From positions 1 to 29,621 of the forward strand of contig CBFGJN010000019.1 of assembly GCA_965649115.1 (NCBI GenBank): a DNA stretch of 29,621 bases, written 5' to 3'. Origin of the DNA: a candidate division WOR-3 bacterium. GTDB lineage: Bacteria; Hydrothermota; Hydrothermia; LBFQ01; DSFT01. Below, one piece after another: positions 8,220 to 17,464 of this stretch. A program made the translations under genes and the position numbers. How positions within the stretch are numbered: position 1 is the stretch's first letter; each line of letters begins with the position of its first letter. The notes beneath the pieces are model-generated. The model made no database searches and had not been told where the DNA came from. It worked only from the letters and a program-made list of their open reading frames with translations.

Positions 8220-8382
8220 TGCTTTGTCCAATAATTATTGTTAAATCCTTGATTATCAATAACTTATAAAAGCTTTGAGGAAATTATAGATTTAAACGGG
8301 TATTTATAAGCCGAAGGCTTTTATTTAGGGCGGGTGGGAAAATAAAGAAAAATAAATAATTCTAGAATTTTTGGACAAAGCA
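8220..8382 (+). mobile_element. MITE-like element (163 bp) with 8-bp target duplication
   Basis: Perfect TGCTTTGTCCAA/TTGGACAAAGCA ends; AAAATGGG at 8212-8219 and 8383-8390; first hairpin deleted. Confidence 0.92.
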
Positions 8383-8419
8383 AAAATGGGTATTTATTTG
8401 CTTTAAAATTTTCAAACTT

Positions 8420-8491
8420 CGGGGCATAGCGCAGTGGTAGCGCGCTGCCTTGGGGTGGCAGAGGTCCCGGGTTCAAGTCCCGGTGCCCCGA
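8420..8491 (+). tRNA. tRNA-Pro(GGG), CCA not encoded
   Basis: Acceptor CGGGGCA/TGCCCCG+A; anticodon arm CTGCC-TTGGGGT-GGCAG; T arm CCGGG-TTCAAGT-CCCGG. Confidence 0.96.
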
Positions 8492-8494
8492 TAT

Positions 8495-11173
8495 ATGAAA
8501 GAAAACTTTATAAGTGAAATTAAAGTAAACAACAAATCTTATAAATTTTATGACTTAAAAAATGTCAAAAACATAGAAACATTACCATTTTCAATAAGGA
8601 TACTTCTTGAAAACATTATAAGAAATTACGATGGATTTTTAGTAAATGAAGAACATTTAAGTACAATTTTAAATTACAATGCAAAATCACTACCCGATAA
8701 AGAAATTCCATATATGCCTGTTAGAATTCTAATGCAAGACTTCACAGGTGTTCCAGCAATAGTAGATTTGGCAAGTATGAGAGATGCCTGTAAAAAATTC
8801 AATAAAAATCCAGAGATTATAAATCCAGCTATTCCAATTGATTTAGTAATAGACCATTCTGTAATCGTAGAAGCATTTGGAACAGTTTATGCATTTGAAA
8901 AAAATGTTGAACTTGAATATAAACAAAATGAAGAAAGATACAAATTCTTAAAGTGGGCACAAAAAGCATTTAAGAATTTTAGAGTTGTTCCTCCAGGACT
9001 TGGAATATGCCACCAAGTTAATCTTGAATATCTTTCAAAAGTTGTGTGGAAGAAAGATGAATTTTTATTTCCTGACACATTACTTGGAACCGATTCTCAT
9101 ACTCCTATGGTAAATGGACTCGGTGTAGTAGGATGGGGAGTGGGCGGTATTGAAGCAGAAGCAGTAATGCTTGGACAACCATTATATATGAGGATACCAG
9201 AAGTAATTGGTTTAAAATTAATTGGAGAGTTAAAAGAAGGTTCAACAGCTACCGATTTAGTTTTAACAATTGCTGAAATTTTAAGAAAATATGGTGTTGT
9301 TGATAAATTTGTTGAAGTTTTCGGACCAGGACTAAATAATTTAACAGTTCCAGATAGAGCAACAATTTCAAATATGTCTCCTGAATTCGGCTGTACAATA
9401 ACCTATTTCCCAATAGATGAGCAAACAATAAATTATTTGAAAGCAACGGGTAGAGATGAAGAGCTAATTAGAATTGTTGAAAAATATGCAAAAGAAAATT
9501 TACTTTGGAGAGAAAATGAAGAAGAAATAATTTACACTGATATAATAGAACTTGATTTAAGTAAAGTTGAACCAAGTATAGCAGGACCTAAAAGACCCCA
9601 TGACAGAATACCTTTAAAAAATGTAAAAGAATTCTTCAAATTTGATGAAAGTGATAACTTTTCAAATGAAGGAGGAAATGTTGGTGTAATCACAAAGAAA
9701 AAAAGTGCTAAAATAAAATATGGTTCAATTGAATTTGAATTAAAAGATGGTTATATTGTAATAGCAGCTATCACAAGTTGTACAAACACATCTAATCCAA
9801 GTGTAATGATAGGAGCAGGTTTATTAGCTAAAAAAGCTGTTGAATACGGCTTAAATAGAAAACCTTGGGTTAAAACCTCCTTAGCTCCAGGTTCAAGAGT
9901 TGTCACTAGATACTTAGAAAAAGCTGGTCTTCTACCTTATCTTGAAGCACTTGGTTTTCATGTTGTAGGTTATGGTTGTACTACTTGCATAGGTAATTCC
10001 GGTTCATTACCTCCCGCTATCGCTAATGCTATTATTGAAAATAATTTGAATGTTGCTGCTGTCCTTTCAGGAAATAGAAATTTTGAGGCAAGAATTCATC
10101 CGCTTGTAAAAATGAATTTCCTAATGTCTCCTATACTTGTAGTTGCTTATTCAATTATTGGGAGAATTGATATTGATATTTTAAATGAACCTATTGAATA
10201 TGATAATTTAGGAAATCCAATATATTTAAAGGATATATGGCCTTCTCAAAAAGAAATAGCGGAAAAAATAATTGAAGTTCTTGATCCAAAAGATTTTATT
10301 GAAAACTATAAAAATATATTTGAAGGAGATGAAAGATGGAAAAAATTAAATGTTGAAATTTCAGAATTGTATAAATGGGATGAAAAATCAACATACATTA
10401 AAAAAGCACCCTATTTTGATAATATGAAAATTGAAATTGAAGAACCAAAGGATATATTAAATGCAAGAGTATTAGTAATGCTTGGAGATTCAATAACAAC
10501 TGACCACATTTCACCAGCAGGTTCCATTCATCCAAAATCACCAGCAGGAGAGTATCTTATATCAAAAGGTGTTGAACCAAAAGATTTTAATTCTTATGGT
10601 TCCAGAAGAGGTAATCATGAAGTAATGGTAAGAGGAACATTTGCTAATGTTAGGCTAAAAAATAAACTTGTTAATAAGGAAGGTTGGTGGACAATTTACA
10701 TTCCTGAAAAAAAAGAAATGACAATATATGAAGCAAGTTTAAAGTATAAAGAAAATAACATTCCATTAATTGTTTTAGCAGGAAAAGAATATGGAAGTGG
10801 CTCTTCAAGAGATTGGGCAGCAAAAGGTCCCTATTTACTTGGAATAAAAGCAGTTATAGCAGAAAGTTTTGAAAGAATACATAGAAGTAATTTAGTAGGT
10901 ATGGGTATCTTACCATTACAATTCAAGGAAGGGGAAAATTATAAAGTTCTTGGATTAGATGGATTTGAAACTTATAATGTACTTGGAATTAGTGAGGGTT
11001 TAAAACCAAGAAAAATTTTAAAAGTTCAAGCAATAAAAGAAGATGGAAGAATTATAGAATTTGAAGTAATTTGTAGGCTTGACAATTATGTTGAAATTGA
11101 ATATTATAAAAATGGTGGAATTCTCCAATATGTTTTAAGAAAATTTTTAAAAGATGAAAGTGTTCAAAGTTAA
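8495..11173 (+). CDS. acnA: Aconitate hydratase A
   Basis: MQDFTGVP, DLVIDHS, GTDSHT, AAITSCTNTSNP, GYGCTTCIGNSG, GSGSSRDWAAKG; the ORF-track start at 8450 lies within the tRNA. Confidence 0.97.
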   Translation: MKENFISEIKVNNKSYKFYDLKNVKNIETLPFSIRILLENIIRNYDGFLVNEEHLSTILNYNAKSLPDKEIPYMPVRILMQDFTGVPAIVDLASMRDACKKFNKNPEIINPAIPIDLVIDHSVIVEAFGTVYAFEKNVELEYKQNEERYKFLKWAQKAFKNFRVVPPGLGICHQVNLEYLSKVVWKKDEFLFPDTLLGTDSHTPMVNGLGVVGWGVGGIEAEAVMLGQPLYMRIPEVIGLKLIGELKEGSTATDLVLTIAEILRKYGVVDKFVEVFGPGLNNLTVPDRATISNMSPEFGCTITYFPIDEQTINYLKATGRDEELIRIVEKYAKENLLWRENEEEIIYTDIIELDLSKVEPSIAGPKRPHDRIPLKNVKEFFKFDESDNFSNEGGNVGVITKKKSAKIKYGSIEFELKDGYIVIAAITSCTNTSNPSVMIGAGLLAKKAVEYGLNRKPWVKTSLAPGSRVVTRYLEKAGLLPYLEALGFHVVGYGCTTCIGNSGSLPPAIANAIIENNLNVAAVLSGNRNFEARIHPLVKMNFLMSPILVVAYSIIGRIDIDILNEPIEYDNLGNPIYLKDIWPSQKEIAEKIIEVLDPKDFIENYKNIFEGDERWKKLNVEISELYKWDEKSTYIKKAPYFDNMKIEIEEPKDILNARVLVMLGDSITTDHISPAGSIHPKSPAGEYLISKGVEPKDFNSYGSRRGNHEVMVRGTFANVRLKNKLVNKEGWWTIYIPEKKEMTIYEASLKYKENNIPLIVLAGKEYGSGSSRDWAAKGPYLLGIKAVIAESFERIHRSNLVGMGILPLQFKEGENYKVLGLDGFETYNVLGISEGLKPRKILKVQAIKEDGRIIEFEVICRLDNYVEIEYYKNGGILQYVLRKFLKDESVQS

Positions 11174-11405
11174 GGTTTTAGTTAGTTTAAAAGAAAATTT
11201 ATTTGATCCACAAGGCAAAGTTTTAGAAGATATTTTAAATGAAAGAAATTTTAATGCAAAAAATGTTAGAGTTGGGAAACTAATAACCTTTGAAATTAAA
11301 GCAAATAGTAAAGATGAAATAGAAAAAACAATAAAAGAAAAATTTTCAAATTTATTCGCAAATCCAATTATAGAAAAATATGAATTGGAAATTGAGGAAA
11401 TTTAA
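11154..11405 (+). CDS. purS: Phosphoribosylformylglycinamidine synthase subunit PurS
   Basis: LK..LFDPQG, VRVGK, FANPIIEKY. Confidence 0.9.
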   Translation: MKVFKVKVLVSLKENLFDPQGKVLEDILNERNFNAKNVRVGKLITFEIKANSKDEIEKTIKEKFSNLFANPIIEKYELEIEEI

Positions 11406-11412
11406 TATCAAG

Positions 11413-11475
11413 TTGCTTCGCCTTAAAAGTATAAGAAGTGGGTGGGCAAAAAATAAATAGTCAATAACTTATTAA
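11413..11475 (+). repeat. Decayed MITE fragments
   Basis: GCTTCGCCTT, GTGGGTGGG and TAGTCAATAACTTA pieces of the element without termini. Confidence 0.55.
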
Positions 11476-11497
11476 AACAATGAAATCATTTATTTTT

Positions 11498-11570
11498 TGC
11501 TTTGTCCAATAAATGATTCATAAATGTAATTAGAGCCAAAGGCTTATTATCAGTGTGATTAGACACAGCA
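11498..11570 (+). mobile_element. Short MITE-like copy (73 bp)
   Basis: TGCTTTGTCC...AGCCAAAGGCT...AGACACAGCA; flanks TTATTTTT and TTATATTT match at 7 of 8. Confidence 0.8.
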
Positions 11571-11578
11571 TTATATTT

Positions 11579-11710
11579 TGCTTTGTCTAGTAAATAGTGT
11601 TAAGTTCTTGATAGTCAATAACTTATAAAAATTCATTCAAAACTCTTGATTTAACGGGGGGCAAAGCCCCCATAGCCGAAAAATGGGCATTTTTAAGCCG
11701 AAGGCTTATT
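11579..11710 (+). mobile_element. MITE-like copy lacking right end
   Basis: TGCTTTGTCTAGTAA, paired motif and both hairpins; starts 8 bp after the previous copy. Confidence 0.8.
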
Positions 11711-11748
11711 AAATAATCTTTCAATTTATCCTTTAAAATTTTCAAACT

Positions 11749-12075
11749 TTGAAACAAAAAGTTCTTGTAATAGGACCTGCCGAATTCAAAAGTGGATTTT
11801 CGCTTGTAGGAGTAGATTATATAACACCATCTGAACCAAATGAAATAAAGAAAATTATAAAAAAACTATACGAAGAGAAGAATTATGGACTTGTAATTAT
11901 TGAAGATGATTACGAAAAGTTTTTTGACCATAGAACAAAAATAATTGTTTATGAAAGTACTAATCCGCTATTCTTTTTACTAAGTTTTGACCCTAAGCAT
12001 AGAGTTTCTGTGGAAGAGCAAATAAGTGAAATTATAAGGATGTCTCTTGGTGTTCAAATGAAAATAAAGTCATGA
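11749..12075 (+). CDS. V/A-type ATP synthase subunit F
   Basis: VLVIG....SGFSLVGV, YGLVII, P, IIRMSLGV; about 108 aa. Confidence 0.8.
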   Translation: MKQKVLVIGPAEFKSGFSLVGVDYITPSEPNEIKKIIKKLYEEKNYGLVIIEDDYEKFFDHRTKIIVYESTNPLFFLLSFDPKHRVSVEEQISEIIRMSLGVQMKIKS

Positions 12076-13379
12076 TAAGAGCTGTTGATATAATAAGAAA
12101 GAAAAGAGATGGTGAAAAGCTTGGAAAAAAGGAAATAGAATTTATTGTAAAGGGTGCTTTAACTGGTGACGTTCCTGATTATCAATTATCTGCTTTGCTT
12201 ATGGCTATATATTTTAGAGGAATGGATTTAAATGAAACAACAGCATTAACAGAAGCTATGATGAAAAGTGGAGAAGTTCTTGAATGGAGTTTTCTTAAAA
12301 AACCAACAGTTGATAAGCACTCAACAGGAGGTGTTGGTGATAAGGTATCAATAGCTCTTGCTCCTCTTGTCGCTTCAACAAATTTAGTTTGTGTTCCTAT
12401 GATTTCAGGAAGGGCATTGGGTCACACAGGTGGAACCTTAGATAAACTTGAATCTATAAAAGGTTATAGGACGAATTTATCAGTTGAAGAGTTTAGAGAA
12501 ATTGTGAAGAACGTAGGATGTTCAATAATAGGTCAAACTGAAAAACTTGTTCCAGCAGATAAGAAATTGTACGCTTTAAGAGATGCTACAAGTACAATTG
12601 AAAGTGTTCCTTTAATTGCATCAAGCATATTAAGTAAAAAATTAGCTGAGGGGGTTAATGCTATTGTTCTTGATGTTAAGGTTGGTTCTGGTGCATTTAT
12701 GCCAAGAGTAAAGGAGGCAAAAGAATTAGCAATGTTAATGGTAGAAATTGGAAAAAAGATGAATAAAAAGATAATAGCTTTAATTACAAATATGGATCAA
12801 CCACTTGGAAAAGCAGTAGGTAATGCCTTAGAAGTAAGAGAAGCTATTGATATATTAAAAGGAAATGGGCCAACTGATGCTACTGAATTAACACTTAGAC
12901 TTGGAAGTTATATGTTATATGCTGTTGATGCTGTTAAAAGTCCAGAAGAAGGTTATAAAAAACTTAAAAATAATTTATATAATGGTGATGGATTAAGAAG
13001 ATTAAGAAGAATGGTTGAGGCACACGGTGGTGATTGGAATTATATTTTATCCGATGACTTCATAAGAACGAGGTATGTATATCATATAACTGCATCAACA
13101 AACGGATATATTTCTCAGCTTGAAACATATAAAATTGGTATTGCTTCTCAGATATTAGGAGCGGGAAGAAATAAAATGGATGACACAATAGATCATAAAG
13201 TAGGAATTATAGTAAATAAGAAAGTTGGCGATAAAGTAGATGAAGGTGATATTATATTTGAAGTAAGAGCGAATGATGAAAATAGATTAAATCAAGCTGT
13301 TGAAATTTTAGAAAATTCCTATAAAATTGTAAAAAGAAAAACTCAACCATTACCTCTAATATATGAAATTATTGAATGA
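12072..13379 (+). CDS. pdp: Pyrimidine-nucleoside (thymidine) phosphorylase
   Basis: DKHSTGGVGDK, SGRALGHTGGTLDKLESI, SSILSKKLAEG, DVKVGSGAF. Confidence 0.95.
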   Translation: MIRAVDIIRKKRDGEKLGKKEIEFIVKGALTGDVPDYQLSALLMAIYFRGMDLNETTALTEAMMKSGEVLEWSFLKKPTVDKHSTGGVGDKVSIALAPLVASTNLVCVPMISGRALGHTGGTLDKLESIKGYRTNLSVEEFREIVKNVGCSIIGQTEKLVPADKKLYALRDATSTIESVPLIASSILSKKLAEGVNAIVLDVKVGSGAFMPRVKEAKELAMLMVEIGKKMNKKIIALITNMDQPLGKAVGNALEVREAIDILKGNGPTDATELTLRLGSYMLYAVDAVKSPEEGYKKLKNNLYNGDGLRRLRRMVEAHGGDWNYILSDDFIRTRYVYHITASTNGYISQLETYKIGIASQILGAGRNKMDDTIDHKVGIIVNKKVGDKVDEGDIIFEVRANDENRLNQAVEILENSYKIVKRKTQPLPLIYEIIE

Positions 13380-14340
13380 AGAAGAAATTCTTAACATAGC
13401 AAAAAGAACAATAGATATTGAGCTTGAAACATTATTTGAATTAAAGGAAAGTTTAGATAATTCATTTATAAAAGCTATTGAAATTCTTTATAATTGTAAA
13501 GGAAAAGTTATATTTACAGGAATTGGAAAATCAGGACATATAGCAAGAAAAATCTCATCAACATTTTCAAGCACAGGAACCCCCTCTATATTTTTACATC
13601 CCGCAGAAGCAATTCACGGAGACTTAGGAATTATTGATAAAGAAGATGTTTTAGTTATTATTTCAAATAGTGGTGAAACTGAAGAAATTATAAATATAAT
13701 TCCATATTTAAAGTTCTTAAATATTCCAATAATTTGTATAACTGGGAATGTTAATTCAACAATTGCACAAAAAAGTGATGTAGTAATAGATATAAAAATC
13801 AAAAGGGAAGCTTGCCCATTTAATCTTGCCCCAACCTCCTCAACAACTGCAATTTTAGTTTTAGGTGATGCTCTTGCTATAACTTTAATGGAACTTAAAG
13901 GTTTCACGAAGGAACAATTTGCTAAGCTACATCCTGGTGGATTAATAGGAAAACGATTAAAAAAAGTTATGGATATTATGCACTCGGGAGATAAAATTCC
14001 AATTGTTTATGAAGATATGACTATGAAAGAAGCAATAATAGAAATAACAAGTAAAGGCTTTGGAGCAACTGCTGTATTAGACAGAAATCAAAATTTAATA
14101 GGTATTATTACTGATGGTGATTTAAGAAGGTACATTGAAAAAGGAAATGATTTAAATAATGGAAGTGTTAGGAATGCTATGACTAGAAATCCCAAAACAA
14201 TAAAATATAATGAAACAGTAGCGGATGCATTAAATCTAATGGAAAAATATAAAATAACAGTTTTACTTGTTTTAGATGAAAATAACAAACTTATAGGTAT
14301 CTTACATTTACACGATATTTTAAGAGAAGGTATTTTATAA
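13363..14340 (+). CDS. kdsD: KpsF/GutQ arabinose-5-phosphate isomerase (SIS + 2 CBS)
   Basis: TGIGKSGHI, HPAEAIHGDLG, EACPFNLAPTSST, HPGG, GIITDGDLRR. Confidence 0.93.
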   Translation: MKLLNEEEILNIAKRTIDIELETLFELKESLDNSFIKAIEILYNCKGKVIFTGIGKSGHIARKISSTFSSTGTPSIFLHPAEAIHGDLGIIDKEDVLVIISNSGETEEIINIIPYLKFLNIPIICITGNVNSTIAQKSDVVIDIKIKREACPFNLAPTSSTTAILVLGDALAITLMELKGFTKEQFAKLHPGGLIGKRLKKVMDIMHSGDKIPIVYEDMTMKEAIIEITSKGFGATAVLDRNQNLIGIITDGDLRRYIEKGNDLNNGSVRNAMTRNPKTIKYNETVADALNLMEKYKITVLLVLDENNKLIGILHLHDILREGIL

Positions 14341-14342
14341 AA

Positions 14343-14425
14343 GTTGAGGTCCAGAAATAAGCCTTTGGCTTAAAAATACCCCTTTTTGGCTTTCAATTAC
14401 TTAACATTATTTATTGGACAAAGCA
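14343..14425 (-). mobile_element. Short reverse MITE-like copy between convergent genes
   Basis: AAGCCTTTGGCTT hairpin, AAATACCC, TTATTGGACAAAGCA ending at 14425; the other end is degenerate (GTCCAG). Confidence 0.75.
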
Positions 14426-14438
14426 TTGCTAACGCTCA

Positions 14439-15302
14439 CTACAAAACTTCTACCAAAACAAAACCCTTATTATATTCAACAATTCTAATTTTATAAACTG
14501 AACTATCAGGAAGTTTTAAATAGTAAATTAAGTTTTTACTAACAAAAGTATGAACACTTAAATTATAATCACTCCACCATTCATCTCCAATTATAGAATT
14601 ATAGTAATCTGTTTTAAAACTATCATTATCTTCATTTTCACTTTTCAATCTGAAAATATCTATGCCTGATGGTAAAGTTTCCTTAACATAAATATCAATT
14701 GTATCCTTTCCAACTTTAACAGGAAACTTTCCTATTCCCCATATATTTAATTTAATATCATTTTGACCATTTATATAAACATCCCATGTTGAATCCCTAT
14801 AATAAGTGCTACTTTTATATTTCAAATTTTCTAAATCAATGTAAGAACTAATTGGAAATGAGAAATTTATACTATCATTAACAATTGTTTTAACACTATC
14901 AGAAAATGAAATAAATTTAACTTTTACAAATTTTTTATTTCTTGTCTTAAAAATATATATGCTATCCAAGTAAATTTTATCTATTGCTCTAATGTACTCA
15001 TCATTTTTATAATTTATTCCGTCTAAACTTGCTTTTACATTTTCATTTAATAAAATTGTTGGATTTGGAACACTTCCGAGAATAAAACCATCTCCTAAAT
15101 CAAAATCAACTTCAAGATTAGTTGCAATAAATTTTAAGTGCCATTCTTCATTTGGATTAATTGTCCATTTTTTTGTCTTTACATTAAAATAGTATTCTTG
15201 ATATTTTAAATCATAATTCCCAACATTATTAAATTCACTTTGTTTTTTAGAACATGATATTAAAATAATGATGGGGACTAAAAGTCCCCAAAATTTATTC
15301 AT
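14439..15302 (-). CDS. HmuY-like lipoprotein (two repeats)
   Basis: Lipobox LISC; YYFN..WHLKF; IYIFKTR..FVKVKF; WDVY; WW.DYN..H..SK..IYYLK....YKIRIVEY. Confidence 0.65.
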   Translation of the reverse strand: MNKFWGLLVPIIILISCSKKQSEFNNVGNYDLKYQEYYFNVKTKKWTINPNEEWHLKFIATNLEVDFDLGDGFILGSVPNPTILLNENVKASLDGINYKNDEYIRAIDKIYLDSIYIFKTRNKKFVKVKFISFSDSVKTIVNDSINFSFPISSYIDLENLKYKSSTYYRDSTWDVYINGQNDIKLNIWGIGKFPVKVGKDTIDIYVKETLPSGIDIFRLKSENEDNDSFKTDYYNSIIGDEWWSDYNLSVHTFVSKNLIYYLKLPDSSVYKIRIVEYNKGFVLVEVL

Positions 15303-15943
15303 TGTGCTTTTATAGCTTTTATAAGTTTATCATCTTCGCTTGAAGGACTTGGATAGTTGGAATTTCCTTTTAATCTTACAAATATAACATCTTTATTTAT
15401 GCTCCAAACCATTGATATAAGCAAAATTCCTTCTGGAGGTGTTACACCTTGATGAAAATAAGTGTAATCTTGCTTAACTTTTGTAACTACAAATGTTCCC
15501 GCAGGGACATTTTCTTGAACATTAACGGAATCAACTAGTGTTTTTACAGTAATTTTTATTTGAAGATTTGGAGATATAATTGTACTATCAGTCCAACTAT
15601 CTCCTGAATTTACATTAGCCCTAATTAATCTTGAAATTATATAATAAACTTGATTTTGAAAATTAAGAGGAATTGATATAATTATTGAATCAGAAGCATT
15701 TATATAAAAGATGTTTGAATTTTGAGTAGTATCAAGAAGTGGATAAAATTTTATATTGTTTATTGTAGTTTCAGGTCTTACTACAAGTTTAAATGTATCA
15801 GTTGTATTGTTTCTTTGCCTTTGGAATAACCAGCTATCACCGACTTTTACTGAGTATTGAGGATTCGGAGATGGACTTGTTGAACTGCTTTTACTACAAG
15901 CTATAATTGATAATGTTAGAATTATAAGGGTTATCTTCCTCAT
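15299..15943 (-). CDS. Lipoprotein of unknown function
   Basis: MRKI + hydrophobic stretch + IIAC; VGDSW and VPAGTF motifs; ATG 15943 is 7 nt after TAAAAT. Confidence 0.7.
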   Translation of the reverse strand: MRKITLIILTLSIIACSKSSSTSPSPNPQYSVKVGDSWLFQRQRNNTTDTFKLVVRPETTINNIKFYPLLDTTQNSNIFYINASDSIIISIPLNFQNQVYYIISRLIRANVNSGDSWTDSTIISPNLQIKITVKTLVDSVNVQENVPAGTFVVTKVKQDYTYFHQGVTPPEGILLISMVWSINKDVIFVRLKGNSNYPSPSSEDDKLIKAIKAQ

Positions 15944-15970
15944 AGTCAAAATTTTAAAGTTAAAAAAAAT

Positions 15971-17407
15971 TCAATTTTTAAAATTTTTTTCAAAAATTAC
16001 AGTAAATGTTCTTCCTGTAAAATATGGAAGGTTTACAGAAGAGGTTTTATCTAATAAATCGTTAATTTTAAAAGTTATAAGTTTTGATTTCATCTCTAAA
16101 TCAAGTGAGTACAAATTAGGAATAAGTTGAGTTTTCCCTTTTGACCAAAATTCAACTTCAAAATTTTTATAATTCAATTTCAAGTTAAATTTATAGGGTG
16201 GAATATCTATTGGCGTTTTTCCAATAAAAAATGATAATCCTATTATAAATTCATTAAAATAAAAATTTTTTTCAAAGCTAATACTATAAATCTCAATGTC
16301 TTGGAGGTTTTCATAAGTCCATAAAATTAAATTGTTTTGATAGCCTAAGTTATAAAAGCCAATGTAATTAAAAACTTTATTATAATTTAAAAGAAAGTTC
16401 CAAAAATTAAAGTTAATCCCAAATAATTTTTCATTCTTTAATTTACTATTACCAATAACCATATAACCCATTTCAGGATAATAAAATTTCATAAACAATT
16501 CTTTTGCTGATGGATAGCGTGATATTAAGAACAATTTTAAATTTTTGTACTCTAAATTGAAACTTGGTTGAAGGTTTTCAAAATTTAACTTAATTAGAAA
16601 TTTTTTGTAAAATTCAATAGAGAATAAAAATCTAAAAAAATTAACATCAAAAGCGATGTTGTTTCCTTTCAAATAATCATTATAAAATCCATAATTTATC
16701 TTAAAATAATAGTTTTTTTTAATGTTTTTATATTCGTTCTGAAACTTCAAGAAAAACTCTTCATTAAAATTTATATCTTCATTCCTAAAATTGTAAAAGT
16801 GTTTGTAAATTTGAATGTTAAAATTATGAAAACTTAAAATTGTTCTAAAATCAGAAAAAATTTCATCAAATAGCGTTGTTTTTTGATTGTAAATATAAGA
16901 AAAAGAAAAATTATCAAAAGCAAAACTATTGTAAAAGCAATAATTTTTAATATAACTATAAATATCCTTAGATATTGAAAAATTAAATTTTGACTTTTTA
17001 TTCCCATAGGATAAATCAGAAAAATAGCTACCATTTGATTTTAAAAAAATTTTAAAATTATTTTCTTCTGTTGTTTTTAAATAAACATTAAACCCATCAA
17101 ATTTAATATCCTTAATTGAATTTATAGGAATTGTTAAAATATCTATTGCTTCAAATTTTCTTCCTATTATTTCATTTCCATCAATATAGACATTTGTAAA
17201 TTTTGATGGAATTCCTAAAATTGATATACTTAAACCTGATGGATTAAATTCAATATCACTTATTGTTGATTTTAATAGTAAATTATCCATATTAGGATTT
17301 TTGATTTCATAAATATGATTTTCTATTTTTTTTGAAATAACAACTTGTTCATTTAATTTATATTCCTTTATTGTATCCTTTTCTAAATTTAGAAAAATGT
17401 TCAGCAT
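15971..17407 (-). CDS. Reduced TonB-dependent receptor-like outer-membrane protein
   Basis: Plug-like ISILG..SKFTNVYIDG, RYPSAKELF..GNSKLKNEK, INDLLDK..GRTF near C-terminus. Alternative start GTG 17446. Confidence 0.65.
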   Translation of the reverse strand: MLNIFLNLEKDTIKEYKLNEQVVISKKIENHIYEIKNPNMDNLLLKSTISDIEFNPSGLSISILGIPSKFTNVYIDGNEIIGRKFEAIDILTIPINSIKDIKFDGFNVYLKTTEENNFKIFLKSNGSYFSDLSYGNKKSKFNFSISKDIYSYIKNYCFYNSFAFDNFSFSYIYNQKTTLFDEIFSDFRTILSFHNFNIQIYKHFYNFRNEDINFNEEFFLKFQNEYKNIKKNYYFKINYGFYNDYLKGNNIAFDVNFFRFLFSIEFYKKFLIKLNFENLQPSFNLEYKNLKLFLISRYPSAKELFMKFYYPEMGYMVIGNSKLKNEKLFGINFNFWNFLLNYNKVFNYIGFYNLGYQNNLILWTYENLQDIEIYSISFEKNFYFNEFIIGLSFFIGKTPIDIPPYKFNLKLNYKNFEVEFWSKGKTQLIPNLYSLDLEMKSKLITFKINDLLDKTSSVNLPYFTGRTFTVIFEKNFKN

Positions 17408-17464
17408 TTTGAAAATTTTAAAGTTTAGGAATATTATTATCAACACTTTAAAATTTCAAATGTT

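Noticed and set aside
8450..8494. N-terminal extension of AcnA in the ORF track
   Set aside because: It is tRNA-Pro sequence read in frame.
15272..15290. Hairpin TGGGGACT-AAA-AGTCCCCA
   Set aside because: Single occurrence inside a signal-peptide coding region, unrelated to the repeat; no support for function.
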